This document shows, piece by piece, positions 36,706 to 42,498 of a stretch of 42,498 nucleotides of DNA (its first letter is position 1; each line of letters starts with the position of its first letter). Below the pieces are notes generated by a model. The model saw only the letters and a list, made by a program, of their open reading frames with translations. It had not been told where the DNA came from and did not search any database. The stretch comes from a virus. Position numbers and translations under genes: made by a program. The stretch covers positions 1 to 42,498 of IMG/VR virus record IMGVR_UViG_3300005836_000027; one strand, 5' to 3'.

Positions 36706-37509
36706 TCATTTCGATTTCTCGGGTTGTATGGCTAGTTTGTAACGTCCTGATACTAAGATCTTTTGAGCAGAGGGCCAGCACGTCTGATGATGACCGCAAT
36801 AAAGACACTGCCAAGGAAGATGTCCCTTCTCGTTCGGCCCATAGGGGCGTTCGGGGAGCGTGTCTACTGTGACGGCCTTGAGCGTCTTAATGCGGTTTTG
36901 GATGTCGGTGACGATTACCTCATCCCGACTCACAAGCATCTCTGAAAGCACCCCTGCGTCTTTATTGAGGGCAATTACGATGGCTTTCGAGAGCGACAGG
37001 GCCGACATATAGGCGTTGATCTGGTATCGGTATCCCTCATCCAAAACCCCCTGCTCGAAGTCTTTGAAGCTAAACGAGGACATAGACTTCACTTCCAAGA
37101 GGTACGAATTGCCGGAGATGGTGACAATGCCGTCGGGATGTCCGACAATGCCGTCAATGTCTACGGTGGCCTGATCGTGTCCGACCGAATCCACGATAAT
37201 GCCGACCGCTTTAATGAGTCCCACCACGACGATTTCAGTCAGATCTCCCATCGCGAACACCATTTTGGCCCGGGAGTCGATCTCTTTGCCGTTTTCTTCA
37301 AAGCCCAGGGCTCGATAAGCTTGCTGTCTCAAGCATTTCCCGATAGATGAGAGCCGGAGCGTGGCTTTTGACTCTTGACGTTCTCCGAATTGCCTTCCAA
37401 AAGCCCACTTCGAGAGGTTTCCCACGTCGGCAAGGATGGCTTCGTCGATGGTCTTACCTTGACCGCCCAAGTACTCGTTAATGAGATTTACGATCACGGT
37501 TTCACCCAT
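36706..37509 (-). CDS. Cas4/RecB-like PD-(D/E)XK nuclease with a four-Cys Fe-S cluster signature
   Basis: The N-terminal Cys is in IGKCLRQQ. Motifs are GHPDG (D), LLEVKS (ExK) and QINAY (QxxxY). The C-terminal cluster is CLYCGHHQTC (CxxCxxxxxC). Confidence 0.75.
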   Translation of the reverse strand: MGETVIVNLINEYLGGQGKTIDEAILADVGNLSKWAFGRQFGERQESKATLRLSSIGKCLRQQAYRALGFEENGKEIDSRAKMVFAMGDLTEIVVVGLIKAVGIIVDSVGHDQATVDIDGIVGHPDGIVTISGNSYLLEVKSMSSFSFKDFEQGVLDEGYRYQINAYMSALSLSKAIVIALNKDAGVLSEMLVSRDEVIVTDIQNRIKTLKAVTVDTLPERPYGPNEKGHLPWQCLYCGHHQTCWPSAQKILVSGRYKLAIQPEKSK

Positions 37510-37664
37510 GCGGCGCTCGATCTTCCGGGAAGCATGGCGTGTGTATAACCTGCCTCAATGAAGTTCTTATTATCAAAGTACACAAATACGCAAATAATAA
37601 GCGTAACGGAAATTACAATGACACAAAGAGATTTTATGATTAATGAATCAAAACCATCATCCAT
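37494..37664 (-). CDS. Candidate 56-aa single-pass membrane peptide
   Basis: Sequence MDDGFDSLIIKSLCVIVISVTLIICVFVYF... It overlaps both neighbouring genes. Below the track cutoff. Confidence 0.3.
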   Translation of the reverse strand: MDDGFDSLIIKSLCVIVISVTLIICVFVYFDNKNFIEAGYTHAMLPGRSSAAWVKP

Positions 37665-37818
37665 TGGCATCCTCCACGGCTATCTTGATCGGCTTTTGCA
37701 AGAGATCATTGAGTTGTTCGACGGGTCCGAACACTTCCAGTACGACGGTTTTAACGAGATCTCCGGCCACGTCCCGTTTAATGGTGATGCGGCGGATACT
37801 TCCAGTAAGTTCAATCAT
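37657..37818 (-). CDS. Candidate 53-aa protein
   Basis: Sequence MIELTGSIRRITIKRDVAGDLVKTVVLEVFGPVEQLNDLLQKPIKIAVEDANG. ATGA-coupled, with GGAGGT 5 nt upstream. Confidence 0.35.
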   Translation of the reverse strand: MIELTGSIRRITIKRDVAGDLVKTVVLEVFGPVEQLNDLLQKPIKIAVEDANG

Positions 37819-38033
37819 GCGACCTCCAGTAAGTTTGGTTGTGAGGGTTCAAGCGTATAGAGATTTTCAGAAGGAGATTTCCCCCTGCGGTAGACGATCA
37901 TAAATCCATCATGCCGCAAATCCGTCATTCTTGCCCGATACTCTGCGGCCAAATAAGTGTTTAGTATTTGTCCAAGGGTAAGTTTATTGCCATTCTTTCT
38001 AAAAAGATCAAGCATTGCTTCTTTTTGGGTCAC
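37815..38033 (-). CDS. Small winged-helix-like DNA-binding protein
   Basis: The pattern LFRKNGNKLTLGQIL...YRARMTDLRHDGFMIVY is typical of wHTH regulators. 72 aa. Confidence 0.45.
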   Translation of the reverse strand: MTQKEAMLDLFRKNGNKLTLGQILNTYLAAEYRARMTDLRHDGFMIVYRRGKSPSENLYTLEPSQPNLLEVA

Positions 38034-38367
38034 GAATAGCCTCCCTCATTTTGGCGAAATCCGCATCTGTCATGACTTCCTCATCGTTTGGTTTTTGTTC
38101 TACGTATTTTTGAACAGGGTGCCCGAATACGGGTTTCGTCTTTCTTATTTCTTCGGCTTTCTTCATCCAGTTGGACAAATAAAGATCGTGTCTTTTGCGG
38201 TAAACCCCGTGCGTGATGAGCCAATAGTGAGCATACTGGATCTGTTCTTGGATTTTAAGCTCCGGAAACATTCTCCTCCATTCATCCACGAGAAACAGAA
38301 GTTTCTTTTTCAAGGATTCATCGGTTTCAAAACGTCTTAATCCTTTTAATAGTTCTTCAGGAGTCAT
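38008..38367 (-). CDS. Hypothetical protein
   Basis: The best start is ATG 38367 (MTPEELLKGL), just after the upstream stop. The ORF track extends to 38547 over a neighbouring ORF. Confidence 0.45.
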   Translation of the reverse strand: MTPEELLKGLRRFETDESLKKKLLFLVDEWRRMFPELKIQEQIQYAHYWLITHGVYRKRHDLYLSNWMKKAEEIRKTKPVFGHPVQKYVEQKPNDEEVMTDADFAKMREAIRDPKRSNA

Positions 38368-38371
38368 GTTC

Positions 38372-38605
38372 TTATTTCGTTTCCTTCCATTTTTCAAGAG
38401 ATTCTCCGACAGCAACAAAATGCCTTTTGCATAATTTCCAGTATGTTCCCTGCTTGATTGGCAATGCGGAGCAATACCACGGAGCGGCCTTATTCCCGGA
38501 AATAATCCACGGGACTGAGAACAATTTCGTTTTTCTGTTGGAACCAAATTCGCAATGATGGATGAGTTTAATTTTAATTCCTTTTGGGAGTTTTCTATAA
38601 GTCAT
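38372..38605 (-). CDS. Hypothetical basic Cys/His protein
   Basis: 77-aa ORF, ATGA-coupled at its start. Confidence 0.4.
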   Translation of the reverse strand: MTYRKLPKGIKIKLIHHCEFGSNRKTKLFSVPWIISGNKAAPWYCSALPIKQGTYWKLCKRHFVAVGESLEKWKETK

Positions 38606-39015
38606 TGATAACCTTGGATACCGGACGTTACTGTCTTATGCCGGTTTACTCTTTGATGTAGTCTTTCAGTCTTTAGAGGCTTACCAAGCGGCGCACTGTT
38701 GGGCGCAAGGGGCTTATTTGTCCGGTTGATGGAGGCCAAGGGAAACCCATTCTTACCATCATAGCCCTCTCTAAATCCTATGGCAGACATATGACACGTT
38801 GTCTCTTTTTGAAAGCGAAGAACGGTTGACGCTTGCAGGTATTGCTTATATCGAGGGAGAAAAGGAAGAACCTCTGTCCCACCTGCGGCCACCGGGCAAA
38901 TCTTTCCGAGAAAGCCCAAAGACACAGGGGGAACAGAGGTTCCCAAAACACCGGAAAGATTGTTTAAGTGGCATTTAATTAGCATAAAAAATTGGCCCCC
39001 TAGTTTGTCAACCAT
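38602..39015 (-). CDS. Hypothetical protein
   Basis: The best start is ATG 39015, TAATG-coupled to the lipoprotein micro-ORF. The ORF track extends to 39096. Confidence 0.4.
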   Translation of the reverse strand: MVDKLGGQFFMLIKCHLNNLSGVLGTSVPPVSLGFLGKICPVAAGGTEVLPFLPRYKQYLQASTVLRFQKETTCHMSAIGFREGYDGKNGFPLASINRTNKPLAPNSAPLGKPLKTERLHQRVNRHKTVTSGIQGYQ

Positions 39016-39137
39016 TATTTTTGGCCTCGGATATCTCCACCGATCGGCCAGCTGTAGGCCAAGCGTTGCGGCTCGTCGGGTTCGCGCTTCTCGCATCCCG
39101 AAAGGAGCACCGCAAAGAGAATCAAAATAATTTTCAT
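39015..39137 (-). CDS. Candidate 40-aa lipoprotein (lipobox LLSGC)
   Basis: Sequence MKIILILFAVLLSGCEKREPDEPQRLAYSWPIGGDIRGQK. The ATG overlaps the upstream stop (ATGA). Below the track cutoff. Confidence 0.5.
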   Translation of the reverse strand: MKIILILFAVLLSGCEKREPDEPQRLAYSWPIGGDIRGQK

Positions 39138-39364
39138 AGCAGAAACGCTTTTAATCCGGCGCGGCATTTTCTAAGGCGGTCCCGGCGTTTTTCGGAGAGG
39201 CACACGGGGCAATCCCCGTCGGAGTAGTACTTCATATCGTTTTCTGAGTCGCGCTCGGCTGTGTCGCACCAGTTGAAAAGGTATCGGTGTTGCCTGCAAT
39301 AAAGCCTTGTGCAGTTGAGGAAATTACATTCGTCGTGATAGTTGAAGCTTGATGTTATTCGCAT
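39134..39364 (-). CDS. Hypothetical Cys-rich protein
   Basis: 76-aa ORF with 7 Cys, including CPVC. Confidence 0.45.
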   Translation of the reverse strand: MRITSSFNYHDECNFLNCTRLYCRQHRYLFNWCDTAERDSENDMKYYSDGDCPVCLSEKRRDRLRKCRAGLKAFLL

Positions 39365-39428
39365 GATTAGACCCTTTTAAAAAACCACAGGATGAAATCC
39401 TTGAGGTAGTACCAGTATCGCCGGAGTG

Positions 39429-39602
39429 TCATGGCCGCAAGTTGCATAGATGTATTCCAAGCCAGACACCAAGGCCGACGATGACAAGTGCGAGCGTCCA
39501 TGAGACGACGCACACGGCGACGTTAGGGCGTTGTCCGCACGACCATGGATCATTAATTTTCTCTTTCATTTTTTCCGAGTGGAGATTTTTATATTCGTTC
39601 AT
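39429..39602 (-). CDS. Candidate 57-aa membrane protein
   Basis: Sequence MNEYKNLHSEKMKEKINDPWSCGQRPNVAVCVVSWTLALVIVGLGVWLGIHLCNLRP. ATGA-coupled. Confidence 0.4.
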   Translation of the reverse strand: MNEYKNLHSEKMKEKINDPWSCGQRPNVAVCVVSWTLALVIVGLGVWLGIHLCNLRP

Positions 39603-39775
39603 ATCCCTTGATTCCTTTCGACGGATTCAGTGACTTTTTGGAGTCCACGGAAGGCAATCTCTTTTTCTTCTTCGTGGATGAGCCAGCATTGGGAGCAGAG
39701 AAGGCCTGTGATCTCTTCACATTCGACGGTTTCGCCGCAGGACTTACAGGGGTTTCGGTCCGGTATGGGGTTCAT
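39599..39775 (-). CDS. Candidate 58-aa zinc-ribbon protein (CKSC...CSQC)
   Basis: ORF below the cutoff. Its stop overlaps the next ATG, and its 5' end overlaps the upstream ORF by about 32 nt. Confidence 0.35.
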   Translation of the reverse strand: MNPIPDRNPCKSCGETVECEEITGLLCSQCWLIHEEEKEIAFRGLQKVTESVERNQGI

Positions 39776-39929
39776 TGGTTTTAATCTCCGGTGCGTTAGG
39801 GTTTAACGGCACGAGGGGCCAAGTATGTCCGCATTTACGGCATATGAACTGGGAGGATTTTGTGCGGAGGTATGTGAGGGTTGAATTACAGATGGGGCAA
39901 CGGTTTTTAATCATGTTTGATATCTCCAT
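39744..39929 (-). CDS. Zinc-ribbon protein (CPIC...CRKC)
   Basis: 61-aa ORF. Confidence 0.45.
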   Translation of the reverse strand: MEISNMIKNRCPICNSTLTYLRTKSSQFICRKCGHTWPLVPLNPNAPEIKTNEPHTGPKPL

Positions 39930-40104
39930 ATTCTTGAATGAGTGAGACGAGGTATTGACATTGAGCGAGGGCGGACATGCGGCAGTAAGCTATTTGTGTT
40001 TCGGGATCTTTGGCGGACTTGGCGGCCATGACGAACTTACGCCATTGCTGATACCAGTGTACGGATATGACATTGAATGGATATTTCGTTTCTTCATTCA
40101 TCAC
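39907..40104 (-). CDS. Hypothetical protein
   Basis: 65-aa ORF, ATGA-coupled. Confidence 0.45.
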   Translation of the reverse strand: MMNEETKYPFNVISVHWYQQWRKFVMAAKSAKDPETQIAYCRMSALAQCQYLVSLIQEYGDIKHD

Positions 40105-40298
40105 TTGCCCCCCGTCTCTTGAGAGAGAGTATACATATTAAGAGAGTTTAATTCACTAATCATCTTGTGTGATTCTGAGCGTAGCGTTTCCATGCTTGTG
40201 GATGATTCCTTTGAGAGGGTTTTCAAGTATTGAGTGTCTCCTAGGACGTAACCTGCGAATGTGCCGCCATAGAGAGCGAGTGCTAGTAGTATGGTCAT
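40101..40298 (-). CDS. Hypothetical N-terminally membrane-anchored protein
   Basis: 65 aa, with N-terminus MTILLALALYGGTFAGYVLG. Confidence 0.45.
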   Translation of the reverse strand: MTILLALALYGGTFAGYVLGDTQYLKTLSKESSTSMETLRSESHKMISELNSLNMYTLSQETGGK

Positions 40299-40411
40299 GA
40301 TTCGACCTCGATATAGATAGGGTTGAGGAATGTGGCCATTTCCTCGATCACCAGCACTTCGGACCAGTATGCTTGTAGGACTTCGGAGGGTCTAAGCTCG
40401 GGAATGTTCAT
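40295..40411 (-). CDS. Candidate 38-aa acidic protein
   Basis: Sequence MNIPELRPSEVLQAYWSEVLVIEEMATFLNPIYIEVES. ATGA-coupled at both ends. Below the cutoff. Confidence 0.35.
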   Translation of the reverse strand: MNIPELRPSEVLQAYWSEVLVIEEMATFLNPIYIEVES

Positions 40412-40845
40412 AATTGCCCTGCTGTTTTGAAACTGTAGGAGCCTGACTCAGCGATAATGACATGATCCATTACGTCGATACCGAGGATATGGCCGCACTC
40501 TTTGACGCGCTTAGTGAGCCGGATATCCTCTTCGGACGGTGACGGGTCGCCGGAGGGGTGATTATGGACAAGGATGATTCCCGCGCACGTTGCCAGAATC
40601 GCGCCCTTAAAGATTTCGCGTGGGTGAGCGATGGAAGCGGTAAGACTTCCCTGCGATATCATTTCCCAGCCTATAAGCCCATTGCGGACGTTGACGTAAT
40701 AGACTCTTAGCTGTTCACGGTCTAAGAGGCGCATATCCTGCGCGGCTGTTATGATGTCCTGCGAGCTATTGATACGTTTTGATCCGTCGATCATTTGGGA
40801 AGAGTCTTTAACGAGTGAAACACGGAAGTTATTTAGACGGTACAT
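40408..40845 (-). CDS. radC: RadC-like JAB (MPN/JAMM) domain protein
   Basis: The JAMM motif is HNHPSGDPSPSEEDIRLTKRV, and the upstream residues are typical of the RadC family. Confidence 0.85.
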   Translation of the reverse strand: MYRLNNFRVSLVKDSSQMIDGSKRINSSQDIITAAQDMRLLDREQLRVYYVNVRNGLIGWEMISQGSLTASIAHPREIFKGAILATCAGIILVHNHPSGDPSPSEEDIRLTKRVKECGHILGIDVMDHVIIAESGSYSFKTAGQL

Positions 40846-40848
40846 GAT

Positions 40849-40989
40849 TTATTTCCCTCCGAGATTCAGGGAGCGAATGTACTCCCTGTGATTAGATGCT
40901 TCGTGATGGATCCCGATTTTAAACCCTGCGCCCAAGCCTATATAGAGGGCCAGTAGCGCTGATAGTCCTGCGATTGTTATAGTTTTCAT
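40849..40989 (-). CDS. Candidate 46-aa membrane peptide
   Basis: The best start is ATG 40989 (MKTITIAGLSALLALYIGLGAGF), after AAGGGGGTG. The ORF track extends to 41055. Confidence 0.45.
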   Translation of the reverse strand: MKTITIAGLSALLALYIGLGAGFKIGIHHEASNHREYIRSLNLGGK

Positions 40990-40991
40990 GG

Positions 40992-41414
40992 CTACACCCC
41001 CTTTTCCGTTTTGGCGATAGACCGCAACATGGCGTTGTTTTTGTCTATCTGCCAAGTTAGTTCTTTGTCTAATGTCGGATTCTGGCCTTGCATTGAATCT
41101 CTAATCCCCTCTAAAAGCTCCGTAGCTAAAACAACTGCCTCACATAATTCCTCATGGCTATTGACTGCGCGGACGATGTAGGCTCTTAATGGGTCGTCAC
41201 TAGATTCAAGCGCGACCATAATTGTATGGTCGTTCACATCTCCATCATGCGTCAACCCAAGCAGTATTTCTCTCATTTTTCCAGTCGTCGGCGTATGGGC
41301 GTGGGGTTGTGGCTTCATTCGGATTGCCCAGCATCCGTCACAATAAAGGGCCTCTTCGTTTAGTTTGGTTGATCCGCAGTCCTTGCAAGGTTCCATTGTT
41401 TTTCGCGTTTTCAT
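40992..41414 (-). CDS. Hypothetical protein with an N-terminal zinc ribbon (CKDC...CDGC)
   Basis: 140-aa ORF. Confidence 0.5.
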   Translation of the reverse strand: MKTRKTMEPCKDCGSTKLNEEALYCDGCWAIRMKPQPHAHTPTTGKMREILLGLTHDGDVNDHTIMVALESSDDPLRAYIVRAVNSHEELCEAVVLATELLEGIRDSMQGQNPTLDKELTWQIDKNNAMLRSIAKTEKGV

Positions 41415-41416
41415 TG

Positions 41417-41554
41417 TTAGGCCACCTCATAGATATAGCTTCCGGCTTTGGCAATCTTTACCACCTGATTTTTTCCATTACGGTAGATATAGCAGGAGTA
41501 CAAATTTCCCTCACGGTCGGAAATGTCCATCCATTCCATAAAGTAGATAGTCAT
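41417..41554 (-). CDS. Hypothetical small protein
   Basis: The best start is ATG 41554, after GAGGTGG. The ORF track extends to 41608. Confidence 0.4.
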   Translation of the reverse strand: MTIYFMEWMDISDREGNLYSCYIYRNGKNQVVKIAKAGSYIYEVA

Positions 41555-41555
41555 G

Positions 41556-41774
41556 TTAGGCCACCTCTTGAAAAAGTCCACGGGAAATCGTAACGGGCAC
41601 AACGTCATAGTCTGTAATGGGTTGTCCCATTAGCTGATGAGTAGCAACATAGCGCAATTTAACTAATTCATTTTTTGAGTTATAGGTTTTGAGTATATCG
41701 ATGACGGTCCATGTTTTGTGTCGTGATTCATACTTTGTTCCGATTTCGTAAGTTTTCATTTTAGATTCCCCCAT
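41556..41774 (-). CDS. Hypothetical protein
   Basis: 72-aa ORF. Confidence 0.45.
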   Translation of the reverse strand: MGESKMKTYEIGTKYESRHKTWTVIDILKTYNSKNELVKLRYVATHQLMGQPITDYDVVPVTISRGLFQEVA

Positions 41775-41994
41775 TCATTTTTTTTGCTTCGCGCTCTACG
41801 GTTGTCATATCCTGCGCTCCAATAACATCCCATTCAATAATTTTATAGTCCAGTATTCCTTTACGATGGTTTTCTGAGACTCCGCGTAGCCATCTCATAC
41901 AACCTGCTTTGTCGGGGAATTGCAGATCGCTTTTGTGCTCAATTCCAATAAGATTCCCTTTTGTAAACAGTTTTGTGAAGGTAATGGTTTTCAT
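41761..41994 (-). CDS. Hypothetical protein, first gene of the leftward early operon
   Basis: ATG 41994 is preceded by GGAGGAG. The ORF is open to 42036, but that ATG would lie at or upstream of the predicted transcription start. Confidence 0.45.
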   Translation of the reverse strand: MKTITFTKLFTKGNLIGIEHKSDLQFPDKAGCMRWLRGVSENHRKGILDYKIIEWDVIGAQDMTTVEREAKKMNGGI

Positions 41995-42042
41995 TTTAGT
42001 CTCCTCCATTTCGTAGTCGTAGTTTGTTACTTCCATGAGGAA

Positions 42043-42071
42043 AGTATAACAAGAGAGAGAGTATATATCAA
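42043..42071 (-). promoter_or_regulatory. Sigma70-like promoter for the leftward early operon
   Basis: On the - strand the elements are TTGATA (-35, 42071-42066), a 17-nt spacer and TATACT (-10, 42048-42043). Confidence 0.45.
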
Positions 42072-42229
42072 TAGGTCAATAGGCCCTATTACGTGTTATT
42101 TGGAGAGAAAGGTACTAAGGGCCCATGAATAGCGTATAGTGAACGGTAGACGGTCTAGGATTCGTTCGGGGTTGGCGATGGTAGTTTGGTATCAAAACAA
42201 AATAATGGTGGCCTTAAACCGAATTGTAG

Positions 42230-42258
42230 TTGACAAGATTAAAAACGAGGTGTAGACT
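42230..42258 (+). promoter_or_regulatory. Sigma70-like promoter reading rightward across the circular junction
   Basis: The elements are TTGACA (42230-42235), a 17-nt spacer and TAGACT (42253-42258). It is divergent from the leftward promoter about 160 bp away. Confidence 0.4.
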
Positions 42259-42408
42259 AGGACGTAGGATGTTGAATCAATCAGGCGATTACGCGCCCTC
42301 AGACAACGGAGCTGGTCAGAGAGTCTATAGAACGGTATGGCCGCATAGATGAACTCCGCAGATGCAAATCGTAATTAGAAGGACATGAAATATCTTTCTT
42401 TCTTAGGA

Positions 42409-42498
42409 AACCTACGGAAGGTGTTCTTTCTTTCTGCTCCCATCCAATGAATTCCCTCCCTTGCTCCCATAAATGGTCTCTAATTAAAAAACTCCATA
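42409..42498. repeat. Terminal direct repeat, copy 2 (identical to 1-90)
   Basis: Exact 90-nt identity with the start of the window. Confidence 0.9.

Overview
The window is a complete tailed-phage genome. Bases 1-90 are identical to 42409-42498, so the contig closes on itself with a unique length of 42,408 bp. There are two convergent transcription blocks that meet near 30.7 kb. The + block (39-30641) carries an Endonuclease-VII/HNH gene in an AT-rich island, a DegT-family sugar enzyme, terS/terL, portal, scaffold and major capsid. It continues with a four-gene glycosyltransferase island, an adaptor-like gene, large tail or fibre proteins, a non-canonical lysis-like region and a B12-binding radical SAM gene. 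The - block (42036-30766) holds about 40 tightly coupled small early genes. These include a RadC-like JAB protein, a Cas4-like Fe-S nuclease, a gp32-like SSB, RusA, a DNA methyltransferase, many Zn-ribbon proteins, many single-pass membrane peptides, and two proteins built on simple-sequence repeats. I found no tape measure, sheath or tube gene, which suggests podovirus-like architecture. I also found no tRNA, rRNA, CRISPR array, integrase, repressor, DNA polymerase, primase or helicase. Most worth a second look: (1) a dispersed glycan toolkit, consisting of the GT island wedged between capsid and adaptor, a DegT homologue with His in place of the Schiff-base Lys, and a class-B radical SAM enzyme; (2) Sec-type signal peptides on eight late proteins, including a bona fide tail fibre; (3) two in-frame microsatellite-like coding tracts in the early region, one of them open in all six frames; (4) a dense chain of sub-60-aa coupled ORFs that the ORF track misses. 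All family assignments come from motifs read by eye. No database search was run.
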